This document shows, in pieces, positions 15,586 through 23,004 of a stretch of 58,838 bases of DNA; the first letter of the stretch is position 1, and every line of letters starts with the position of its first letter. The stretch spans positions 1 through 58,838 of the IMG/VR virus record IMGVR_UViG_3300036852_000195; one strand, written 5' to 3'. The notes under the pieces are model-generated. The model saw only the letters and a program-made list of their open reading frames with translations. It did no database searches and was not told where the DNA came from. A program made the position numbers and the translations under genes. This stretch comes from a virus.

Positions 15586-16429
15586 AATCATTTTAAGTGA
15601 AACCCTGGCACGTTATAAGCCAAGTTTGATTGTATGTAGCTACAGCGGCGGATACGACTCAATGATTGCTACACATAAGGCGCTGCGCTGGGCAAAACAG
15701 AACGCGCATTCAACCAACGTTTTAACTGTCGCAGTCGATACGCTTATTCATGCAGATGGTTGGCTTGAATACGTGAAACAATCTGCCAAAACAATTGGCG
15801 CGCGTCGCTTTGAAATCTGTGAAACGACCATGCTGAATAAGTGGATTGCAGATGTTGGCGCACATGGATTTGCGTACAGTCGCGCCCAGCACAAAATCTA
15901 TTTTTACTACCTCAAGCAGAACGCTTTTCGTGCGGTGGTCGCTCACTACAAAAAGCACAAATCAGATCGCATTATGTTCATAACAGGTGTTCGGCGCGCT
16001 GAAAGCAAGGAACGCGCTGATACACCTGAAAGCGAACGTATTGGATCGAATGTCTGGTGCAATCCGTTAGTCAATTGGTCGGAACAGGATGTGCATGAAT
16101 ATCGAATTGAACATGATCTTCCTGAAAATCCTTTTTATAATTTGACCAACAATTCCGGTGATTGTCTCTGTAATTGGCATCGCGAAATTCCCTTGAAAGC
16201 AGTTACGGGCAAAGCGTTTGTAGTCATTTCAGCATTGGATAGTGTTTCACGGGAACGATTTGGCTATGGATATGGAGAGAAGCCCAGCAAAGCAATGAAG
16301 CAAGAAATCGCAGGTCAATTGCCATTAGATTTCAGCGAAACACCTTATTTGTGCGCAGGCTGCGAACGCGAAAAGCCAAGTCAGGATCAACTTGAATCGG
16401 TACTCTTGCAGCGAATGAAATGGGATTAA
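15572..16429 (+). CDS. PAPS-reductase-like PP-loop ATP pyrophosphatase
   Basis: PP-loop motif SYSGGYDS near the N-terminus. Family-typical size (285 aa) with C-terminal Cys pairs. Confidence 0.7.
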   Translation: MKTAEIILSETLARYKPSLIVCSYSGGYDSMIATHKALRWAKQNAHSTNVLTVAVDTLIHADGWLEYVKQSAKTIGARRFEICETTMLNKWIADVGAHGFAYSRAQHKIYFYYLKQNAFRAVVAHYKKHKSDRIMFITGVRRAESKERADTPESERIGSNVWCNPLVNWSEQDVHEYRIEHDLPENPFYNLTNNSGDCLCNWHREIPLKAVTGKAFVVISALDSVSRERFGYGYGEKPSKAMKQEIAGQLPLDFSETPYLCAGCEREKPSQDQLESVLLQRMKWD

Positions 16430-16440
16430 AGGAGAGGCCA

Positions 16441-16785
16441 GTGACCGACAATAACGTGTATCTGACAGAACCGAATATGGCGATTACCGAAACCGCCTGG
16501 GATGCATATGTGGCGTTTCGCGAGGAATTGACCGACAAGGAAGCTCAGGAGTTGATTAAGCTGATGCATTACGCGCATATCCGCAAGATGCTAGCCGATG
16601 ACCGTTTAAGCGGGGACGGCGCGGTGATCGTGACCGACATTCCCAACTGTGATTTGTCGTTGGTAGACGCTCATTTTCCAACGCTGAAGGCGCGGCAAAC
16701 CACACTGTTCACGCGGGCGGGCGCTGCGTTTGTTGTTGGTGTCCTGGCGCGGCGCGGGCATCCTATCCGAACGATGGTTCATTAA
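16441..16785 (+). CDS. Hypothetical protein
   Basis: GTG start 6 nt after AAGGAG. The track ORF starts at 16420. Confidence 0.45.
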   Translation: MTDNNVYLTEPNMAITETAWDAYVAFREELTDKEAQELIKLMHYAHIRKMLADDRLSGDGAVIVTDIPNCDLSLVDAHFPTLKARQTTLFTRAGAAFVVGVLARRGHPIRTMVH

Positions 16786-16798
16786 GAGGGCAATTCAA

Positions 16799-17029
16799 AT
16801 GGAACGGATATTTGAGGCGATTCGTCAGGAACGTAACAATCAGGACTTGAAGTGGGGTGAACAAAATCATTCACCTTTAAAATGGCTAGCGATTTTGATT
16901 GAGGAAGTGGGTGAAGTCGGAAAGGCGATCATTGAAAATAATCGCTATCAGTGCAAACAAGAATTGATCCATTGCGCTGCGGTAATCGTCGCTTGGCTTG
17001 AATGCGAACGGCGTGGAAAGCAAGAATAG
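16799..17029 (+). CDS. MazG-like nucleotide pyrophosphohydrolase
   Basis: KWGEQNHSPLKWLAILIEEVGEVGKAI, an EExGE-type motif. 76 aa. Confidence 0.55.
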   Translation: MERIFEAIRQERNNQDLKWGEQNHSPLKWLAILIEEVGEVGKAIIENNRYQCKQELIHCAAVIVAWLECERRGKQE

Positions 17030-17048
17030 TTCAATAAGGAGCCTGAAA

Positions 17049-17828
17049 ATGCCAACCAGCAAAATTTCATGGGCGGGTGCACCTGGACAGATACCGGAAG
17101 CAGTAAATTTCTTAACCTGGAACTGCAATAAAGTCAGCCCTGGCTGTAAACACTGTTATGCGCAGACGCACAGCCTCAAGTATCCGCAGAACAGCGCAGG
17201 CGGACAATTCCTGGGTGCGCCGCTGCTGCGGGAAAATGCTTTTGAGGAACTGCGGCTGACGAAACCGGGAACGGTATTGTTTGTGAACACCCATTCGGAT
17301 ACGTTTCATGAAAGCGTATCGTTCGGCTGGATCAAACTCATGTTTCAGCACATGAACCAACGGCCTGATCTGATTTTTCTGCTGCTCACTAAACGCCCGC
17401 AAATCGCGCTGCAACACGCCCCCAACCTCAACTGGACAGACAATATCTGGCTGGGGACGAGTATCGAAAGCCAGCAGTATTACGGGCGGTTGGAAACCCT
17501 GGTCAAAACCCCGGCGCGCAACAAGTTTATCAGCTTTGAACCGCTGCTGGGCGCGATTCAACCCGACGCGCTGCTGAACGGTGTGCAGTGGATCATCACG
17601 GGAGCCGAGAGTGGCGAAAATCGCAGACCTTTCGGCCTTCAATGGGCAATTGATATTAAGAACTTTTGCCAACGCAGTTCAATACCTTTCTACTACAAAC
17701 AAGGCAGCAGCATTTTCCCAGATCAGAACCGATTGATGGAAGGGCGTGAATACAACGAGCGTCCAGCACAATTTGAATTACTGCATACCCAATATCGGGT
17801 GAATGCAGAACAGAAACCATTATTTTAG
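17049..17828 (+). CDS. DUF5131 / phage Gp37-Gp68 family protein
   Basis: KISWAG...WNCNKVSPGCKHCYAQ...VLFVNTHSDTFHE...FLLLTKRP matches the Gp37/Gp68 pattern. AAGGAG RBS. Confidence 0.75.
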   Translation: MPTSKISWAGAPGQIPEAVNFLTWNCNKVSPGCKHCYAQTHSLKYPQNSAGGQFLGAPLLRENAFEELRLTKPGTVLFVNTHSDTFHESVSFGWIKLMFQHMNQRPDLIFLLLTKRPQIALQHAPNLNWTDNIWLGTSIESQQYYGRLETLVKTPARNKFISFEPLLGAIQPDALLNGVQWIITGAESGENRRPFGLQWAIDIKNFCQRSSIPFYYKQGSSIFPDQNRLMEGREYNERPAQFELLHTQYRVNAEQKPLF

Positions 17829-17842
17829 TTAAGGAGCCAACC

Positions 17843-18469
17843 ATGAAAAACCGCACGAATCGATCCGATTTTCAAAGTGATCTACGGGCAGTGACCAGTC
17901 AGGGCAGGGTGAGTAAATCGCGCGTTGTGGTGCTGGAAGCGTTGGAAGCCCAGGGCGCGGAAGGGGCAACGATTGACGAACTGGCACAGTTAATCGGTCA
18001 GGATATGCCGGGTGAAAATCCTAAAATGTCCATCGGCAGCGTGTTATCGCGAATGCAAACTGAGGAACATCTGGTTTGTTTGCGCAATCGTTGGTATCTG
18101 AAGGAATTTGAACCGCAGCCCAAATTTGAACCCGCGCAAACAAATCACATTGTTTCTTTCACAAACGGTTCATTTCAAAAAATCGCATCCGTCACCCAGA
18201 AACGCAAGGGGATCAACATTTCAGTCTACACGTCACCGCGCGTCTATGAAGGCGCAGTTGATATTTCGTTGCTGATCGGCGGGCGCTGGTGGCCTGTCCC
18301 GCTGTTTGGAAACGCGCGTATCTGCATTGGGCAATCCAGGCCGGAATGGTCGCCCAATGAACGCTATTACACCGATGTGGAAATCGTCAAAATCGTTCAG
18401 GCGGGCGGTAAGGTATCTGAAGAAAAACCCGCACCGCGCGATATTGTCACAATCGATCAGGCTGAATAA
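17843..18469 (+). CDS. Hypothetical protein with an N-terminal winged-helix-like segment
   Basis: 208-aa ORF with RBS aaggagccaaccATG. Contains VVVLEALEAQGAEGATIDELAQLIG. Confidence 0.5.
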   Translation: MKNRTNRSDFQSDLRAVTSQGRVSKSRVVVLEALEAQGAEGATIDELAQLIGQDMPGENPKMSIGSVLSRMQTEEHLVCLRNRWYLKEFEPQPKFEPAQTNHIVSFTNGSFQKIASVTQKRKGINISVYTSPRVYEGAVDISLLIGGRWWPVPLFGNARICIGQSRPEWSPNERYYTDVEIVKIVQAGGKVSEEKPAPRDIVTIDQAE

Positions 18470-18637
18470 AGACAAACCTGACGTGCGATTGCCCGCCGAC
18501 TCGCGCGTCAGGGAGTTGCGAAATGTTGCGCATGAGTTGGGATAAAATTATCATGAAGTAAAAAACTCGGAGTAGGGCGCAAGCGCTATCCTAATCTTGC
18601 GCATACGCTGAAAGGGCTAATCGTTTGTGTCTTTTTT

Positions 18638-18657
18638 ATCGCAAATTGCGATATACT
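18638..18657 (+). promoter_or_regulatory. 15-bp perfect palindrome ATCGCAAATTGCGAT abutting a TATACT -10-like box (candidate operator/promoter)
   Basis: Palindrome at 18638-18652 and TATACT at 18652-18657, about 25 nt upstream of the ATG at 18682. Confidence 0.4.
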
Positions 18658-18681
18658 GAACGAAATCACAGGAGTCTATTT

Positions 18682-19221
18682 ATGTCCAAAGAACCTAAAA
18701 TTACCCGCCGCAAAATCACGGATTACATCCCCGATATGAGCAATGCCAACGCCGGGACAGAGCGTGGCTTGCAGATGGTTGAAGATAGTCTCCAACAGGA
18801 CGGGGTAGGGCGCTCGATTGTCGCTGATGGGCAGGATCGGATACCAGCAGGTAATAAGACTCTTGAGGCGGCAATGAATGCGGGTATTGAAGATGTGATT
18901 GAAATAGAAACCGATGGACGAGCGCTGATTGTCCACAAGCGTTCGGATTGGAATTTGAGTGACCCGCAAGGAGCCGCACGGCGTTATGCCTATCGCGACA
19001 ATCGAGCAAGTGAATTGTCGTTGACATGGGATGAAACACAAATCATGGCCGATTTGGATGCGGGCGTGGATTTGAGTAAGATGTTTTCGGACATGGAATT
19101 GATTGATTTGCAGGCGATGGTCGCAAAGTTTGAACCCGTAGACATCAATGAACAACCGCGTCTCGATCAGAAGTCACCTGTTATTTGTCCTCATTGTGGG
19201 CAAGAATTTATCCCAGAATAA
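18682..19221 (+). CDS. ParB N-terminal (ParB-like nuclease) domain protein
   Basis: ITDYIPDMSNANAGTERGLQMVEDSLQQDGVGRSIVADGQDRIPAGNKTLEAA resembles ParB/Srx. C-terminal CPHCG. Confidence 0.65.
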   Translation: MSKEPKITRRKITDYIPDMSNANAGTERGLQMVEDSLQQDGVGRSIVADGQDRIPAGNKTLEAAMNAGIEDVIEIETDGRALIVHKRSDWNLSDPQGAARRYAYRDNRASELSLTWDETQIMADLDAGVDLSKMFSDMELIDLQAMVAKFEPVDINEQPRLDQKSPVICPHCGQEFIPE

Positions 19222-19240
19222 CACAAAAGATTAGTTTTAG

Positions 19241-19249
19241 GTGTATAAT
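19241..19249 (+). promoter_or_regulatory. TATAAT-type cassette promoter (gTGTATAAT) upstream of the HNH gene
   Basis: TATAAT at 19244-19249, followed by the leader hairpin at 19267-19293. Confidence 0.45.
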
Positions 19250-19315
19250 AGGATTAAATAAATGAATCGCCCGCGTGTTTCAGCACCGGGCGAATGACCC
19301 AAAGGATGTAACCCG

Positions 19316-20077
19316 ATGGATACCCCTCAGTATACCCCAAAAGCAGATTGTGAATGTCCTCAATGTGGCATTCATTTCCAGTCACTTTACCACCGAAAAC
19401 AAAAATACTGTTCGCGGACGTGTCGTGACGACGCCCGAAGAAATCAAGTAAATTGTATCTGCGAACAATGCGGATTGTTGTTTCAGGTGAAAGCCAGTGA
19501 AATTAAACACGGGCGTAAATATTGCTCGTTAATTTGCCGCAACGAAGCAAAGCGAAATCAGGTTGATTGTGTTTGTGAACAATGCGGAAAATCGTTTCAA
19601 ATTGATTCCGCACAAGTTAAGCACGGTGTTGGGAAATACTGTTCTCGTCAGTGTCACGGTATAGGACAGCGAAGGCAGGTTGACTGCATCTGTAAAGAAT
19701 GCGAAAAATCATTTCAGGTATCTTTCGCGGTAGTAAAACGCGGCGGCGGCAAATATTGTTCAAAAACCTGTATGGGTCTTTCCAAAAGAGGCGAAAAACA
19801 TTATTTGTGGAGAGGCGGGCAAAGCAAGTATCGAGGTCCAAATTGGACACAACAGCGAAAACTGGCTTATAATCGCGATAATGGCGAATGTAAATATTGC
19901 GGCAAAAAGCCTAAAGCTGGTGAGCGAAAGTTTCAGGTACATCATATAAAACCATTTCGCGCTTTCGACGGCGACTATTTAACAGCTAATCAATTAACCA
20001 ATTTGATTACTTTATGTCAACTATGCCATCGAAAAGCCGAACGCGGCCAGATCGTTATTCAGCCATATCTGTTTTAG
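19316..20077 (+). CDS. HNH endonuclease with four tandem zinc-ribbon repeats
   Basis: Four repeats of about 37 aa of the form C.C.[QE]CG..F......KHG.KYCS..C. C-terminal CKYCG...VHHIKP...NLITLCQLCHRKAE. Confidence 0.75.
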   Translation: MDTPQYTPKADCECPQCGIHFQSLYHRKQKYCSRTCRDDARRNQVNCICEQCGLLFQVKASEIKHGRKYCSLICRNEAKRNQVDCVCEQCGKSFQIDSAQVKHGVGKYCSRQCHGIGQRRQVDCICKECEKSFQVSFAVVKRGGGKYCSKTCMGLSKRGEKHYLWRGGQSKYRGPNWTQQRKLAYNRDNGECKYCGKKPKAGERKFQVHHIKPFRAFDGDYLTANQLTNLITLCQLCHRKAERGQIVIQPYLF

Positions 20078-20088
20078 GGAGAATTGAA

Positions 20089-20631
20089 ATGAACGAACTG
20101 ATTAGCAGTAAGCGCCTCGTGGTCTTTGATAAGGACGGTACGTTGGTCAAAGGTGTGATTGGCAAGAATGGCAAATCGCATTGTCCCGACACCTTAGAGA
20201 CGCAAGAATATTTCGATGATGTAGAGTCGAAGTGTGCCGAATTGGTTCGGGGTGGCGCGATTTTGACTGTGTCGTCGAATCAGGGTGGAGTTGCATTTTC
20301 CATTTTGACGAGCGACGAGGCCGATCTGTTGGTACGGGCTGCGACTGAATATATCGGCGGCCTGGGGTACAGGGTATCGTTTTATCATCCCAACGGCAAG
20401 ATTGCACCCTGGAATCAGGATCATCGCACCCGCAAACCCGCTCCTGGTATGTTATTTGACCTGATGGAACAATGCGAATTCACGTCCGCCAACACGGTCA
20501 TGGTCGGGGATTGGGATACCGATAAGCAGGCGGCAGAAGCGGCGGGCTGTGCATTTATATGGGCGAACGATTTCTTTGAGCGTTCCAACCCGTTTGCGGA
20601 TCGACTGCACAGCATTATGGATGTGAAATGA
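20089..20631 (+). CDS. HAD-IIIA family phosphatase (GmhB / PNK-3'-phosphatase-like)
   Basis: Motifs VVFDKDGTL, SNQGG, RKPAPGM and VGDWDTD. Confidence 0.75.
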   Translation: MNELISSKRLVVFDKDGTLVKGVIGKNGKSHCPDTLETQEYFDDVESKCAELVRGGAILTVSSNQGGVAFSILTSDEADLLVRAATEYIGGLGYRVSFYHPNGKIAPWNQDHRTRKPAPGMLFDLMEQCEFTSANTVMVGDWDTDKQAAEAAGCAFIWANDFFERSNPFADRLHSIMDVK

Positions 20632-20780
20632 TGACTTGCAAATTTGAAATCAAGTTCATCACGCCCTGTTCCGATGATGACGGGTTTACAAAACTACTAT
20701 CGGAATTGAAGCGTAGGCAAAAGCGGCGACGGCAAGCCTTAAATCGTTTTGCGCGCCAATATCTGGGGATACTGCGATGA
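20628..20780 (+). CDS. Small basic protein (50 aa, below the track cutoff)
   Basis: Hand translation gives MMTCKFEIKF...KRRQKRRRQALNRFARQYLGILR. ATGA coupling at both ends. Confidence 0.35.
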   Translation: MMTCKFEIKFITPCSDDDGFTKLLSELKRRQKRRRQALNRFARQYLGILR

Positions 20781-20995
20781 ACATTTCCAATTTTAACACC
20801 TATCTGGAAACATTGCGGGTGATTGAACGGTTTATTGAACAGCACGGTCAATCACCTACCGTAGATGAAATAGCCCAGCGGCGCAATATTCATCGCAGCG
20901 CGATTAATAAGCAGCTTGTCGTTTTGGCTGAACGCGGATACATTGAACGGCGCGGCGGGTGGCGCAATATTCGGGTGATACGGAGAGCGACATGA
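20777..20995 (+). CDS. LexA-N-terminal-like winged-helix protein
   Basis: LRVIERFIEQHGQSPTVDEIAQRRNIHRSAINKQLVVLAERGYIERRGGWRNIRV. Confidence 0.55.
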   Translation: MNISNFNTYLETLRVIERFIEQHGQSPTVDEIAQRRNIHRSAINKQLVVLAERGYIERRGGWRNIRVIRRAT

Positions 20996-21213
20996 AAATT
21001 TATCTGCGCTGGCTCAAAATTCTGTTCACCTGCGGCTTGGGGCGGCACGCTGCCATGACCGAAACTTTATTCCCGCCCAACGGCACCTACACCGAATGCA
21101 CGCGCTGTCACCACGCGGTTTATACCCGTCCAGGCATGGCGCGCGATGTGCATTTGCGCCCATCAGCGTGGGATGTGGCGCGGGGATTATATGACAGGGG
21201 AATACAATCATGA
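20992..21213 (+). CDS. Small Cys/His-containing protein
   Basis: ATGA coupling. Contains CTRCHH. 73 aa counted from the internal ATG. Confidence 0.4.
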   Translation: MKIYLRWLKILFTCGLGRHAAMTETLFPPNGTYTECTRCHHAVYTRPGMARDVHLRPSAWDVARGLYDRGIQS

Positions 21214-21623
21214 CCAGAACGCTCGGAGCGGGTTCGATTGCAGTGTATAATGCGATTGAGGAATTCTACAGCCTCAACGAATGTTCGCCAGGGTATAAAG
21301 AAATCATGGCGATGACCGGATTTACCAGCAAAGCGACTATCGGACATCATTTGAATCGTTTAGAGCAAGCAGGATGGATTATCCGTGAACACAAGAAACA
21401 ACACGCCATCGTTCCGGTCAAGTATCCGCGTGTGTATTATCGCTTGCGCAGGCTTGCTGCTGATACTCATGGCTGGATGTGTCCAACCCATTTTGACGCC
21501 CACGATTCCCCCAATGGGCGAAACCCCGACGCTTATCGCATCCTCTACAAAGGCATCGAATTTAACATTAGCCCCAACCCTGACAGCAATGAGCACTTCA
21601 ACGTCAACACTGACACCGACTGA
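21210..21623 (+). CDS. LexA-N-terminal-like winged-helix protein (C-terminal part overlaps another frame)
   Basis: AVYNAIEEFYSLNECSPGYKEIMAMTGFTSKATIGHHLNRLEQAGWIIRE. From about 21385 onward it shares sequence with the lipoprotein frame. Confidence 0.5.
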   Translation: MTRTLGAGSIAVYNAIEEFYSLNECSPGYKEIMAMTGFTSKATIGHHLNRLEQAGWIIREHKKQHAIVPVKYPRVYYRLRRLAADTHGWMCPTHFDAHDSPNGRNPDAYRILYKGIEFNISPNPDSNEHFNVNTDTD

Positions 21624-21864
21624 TACCGCAACCTTTACACCCAGCGCCAGTCCAACGGTCACGCTGACGCCTGCGCCGACTTGGACGGCGTGGTTAATCA
21701 AGATGAACTTTTCAATGACTGAACAAGCCATCTTCAGTCCCAAGAATTCAGTCCAGAATTGTTTCATCAGTTATTTTGACCTGACACTTCAGCCTGGATA
21801 TATTGGCGTTTGGAGACGCGATAACGGTGGGTATATGCAGTGTATGGATTTAATCGGACAATAA
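21385..21864 (+). CDS. Putative lipoprotein with a Thr/Pro/Ser-rich linker
   Basis: Signal peptide with lipobox (RVCIIACAGLLLILMAGC), then a T/P/S-rich stretch. GTG start after aggatgg. Overlaps 21210..21623 out of frame. Confidence 0.5.
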   Translation: MNTRNNTPSFRSSIRVCIIACAGLLLILMAGCVQPILTPTIPPMGETPTLIASSTKASNLTLAPTLTAMSTSTSTLTPTDTATFTPSASPTVTLTPAPTWTAWLIKMNFSMTEQAIFSPKNSVQNCFISYFDLTLQPGYIGVWRRDNGGYMQCMDLIGQ

Positions 21865-21874
21865 GGAGCCAACC

Positions 21875-22090
21875 ATGAAGGGTCAAGGGATAGTCGAATA
21901 CGTGCTAGTTTTAGTGTTGATTGCAGTCGTGGTGATTTGCTTCTTAGCGGTTTTTGGGCCGCTATTCAGTGGTGTTTGCGGGCTTGGGCATAGTCAATTT
22001 GAATGCAGTGATTCCAAAGTGCAGGAATGCCTCAAGACGGAACAATACACGAAGGATCAATGCGTGATTCTGGTCGGAGGTAGCAAATGA
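21875..22090 (+). CDS. Flp/Fap-type (type IVb, Tad) pilin-like protein
   Basis: MKGQG/IVEYVLVLVLIAVVVICFLAVFG matches the G/xxxEY prepilin motif plus hydrophobic helix. Four Cys in the C-terminal part. RBS aaggagccaaccATG. Confidence 0.55.
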   Translation: MKGQGIVEYVLVLVLIAVVVICFLAVFGPLFSGVCGLGHSQFECSDSKVQECLKTEQYTKDQCVILVGGSK

Positions 22091-22422
22091 ACCCTGAACA
22101 GTGGGCGCGCGTCAAGTTTGTTCACGATCTTCGGGTCACAGTCTCGCCGGACTGGATGCAAGGCCAGTATCGGGATTTACCCGTGCTGCCCATGCCTGAC
22201 CACTTCTGGCTGCATTCGACTGATCTCCCAATAGACGATACACGATTTTGGGAACGGGTGATTGCAGAAGGGTTGATTGAGGAAGCTCCGGAGATTCGGT
22301 ATCAGCCGCGCGGAGATTGGATGGATCATTTTCCGCCGCGCTGTTATCGGCTGACGGCGAAAGGACGACATGTGCTGGACAATCCGCATGAATACGTGTA
22401 TGCAGTAGAGGAAACACCATGA
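22087..22422 (+). CDS. Hypothetical protein
   Basis: 111-aa ORF with ATGA coupling. Confidence 0.5.
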   Translation: MNPEQWARVKFVHDLRVTVSPDWMQGQYRDLPVLPMPDHFWLHSTDLPIDDTRFWERVIAEGLIEEAPEIRYQPRGDWMDHFPPRCYRLTAKGRHVLDNPHEYVYAVEETP

Positions 22423-22526
22423 CGGAACAACGAAGAAACATAACGCTATTCTTATTCGGTTGTTTCGCGTTTGGCGTCGGCATGTTTGCCTGGGCGTGGA
22501 TTATCAATCGAATAGCGGGTTGCTAG
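22419..22526 (+). CDS. Small membrane peptide (35 aa)
   Basis: MTEQRRNITLFLFGCFAFGVGMFAWAWIINRIAGC. ATGA coupling. Last ORF before the hairpin. Confidence 0.35.
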   Translation: MTEQRRNITLFLFGCFAFGVGMFAWAWIINRIAGC

Positions 22527-22530
22527 AAAA

Positions 22531-22560
22531 GCAAAAACCCCGCGCTAACAGGGTTTTGCT
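22531..22560. terminator. Hairpin ending the rightward early arm
   Basis: GCAAAAACCCcgcgctaacaGGGTTTTGC. A clear T-tract is seen only on the complementary strand. Confidence 0.45.
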
Positions 22561-22616
22561 GGAAAGAGTCAGGCACGTTCGCAATTAGTATACGATCATT
22601 ACGGATAATTGCCAAC

Positions 22617-23000
22617 GTGCCAAGCATTTACGACTGTATCAATCAAAAGGCCGATGCGATCAAAGCCCAGCGCTGGCTGGATTACAAACCCTTACCCCGC
22701 TATAAATTCAAGGATCAGGATGATAACCTGGCTACCGTCACGCTGGACGTTGGTGTGTTCGGCCAGTTTGTCGTCTTGAAGCGTCCAACAGAAGGCGCAG
22801 CGATACGCGGGGACAGCACCCGCAATTTGATTGTGCGCAGACGGCGTACAGTCGATTGGCGCTGGTGCATCCACCATAAATGTCGTCACCCATTCGATGA
22901 TTTTAGATACAATCCAAAACATTATTTGCATGGTTATTCATATGCTTGCAAAAAGGGAATTATTGAAATGAGGGGAAAACACTGGCACTTGTCGGTTTAA
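22617..23000 (+). CDS. Hypothetical protein
   Basis: 127-aa ORF with a GTG start and no obvious RBS. Confidence 0.35.
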   Translation: MPSIYDCINQKADAIKAQRWLDYKPLPRYKFKDQDDNLATVTLDVGVFGQFVVLKRPTEGAAIRGDSTRNLIVRRRRTVDWRWCIHHKCRHPFDDFRYNPKHYLHGYSYACKKGIIEMRGKHWHLSV

Positions 23001-23004
23001 AATA

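Noticed and set aside
16998-17048. Upstream extensions of track ORFs (for example 16998 for DUF5131, 15061 for 15229, 48055 for 48364, 46527 for 46581, 26556 for 26583, 27166 for 27199, 4956 for 4902)
   Set aside because: The extensions overlap the preceding gene or lack an RBS. Internal starts sit at a Shine-Dalgarno-like distance or at stop/start coupling sites.
17112-17672. 186-aa minus-strand ORF
   Set aside because: It lies fully inside the well-supported DUF5131 gene on the opposite strand, and its translation has no recognisable features. The same reasoning applies to 30351..30980, 35209..35772, 18676..19155, 3319..3882, 5890..6309 and 39326..39715.
20089-20631. Complete T4-Pnk-like tRNA repair enzyme linked to the tRNA-like RNA
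   Set aside because: Only the HAD phosphatase motifs are visible. There is no P-loop kinase domain and no RNA ligase gene, so a repair pathway cannot be supported.
22531-22560. Classifying this hairpin as a strong plus-strand rho-independent terminator
   Set aside because: The stem is good, but the T-tract lies on the complementary strand only. It is kept as a low-confidence, strand-ambiguous terminator.
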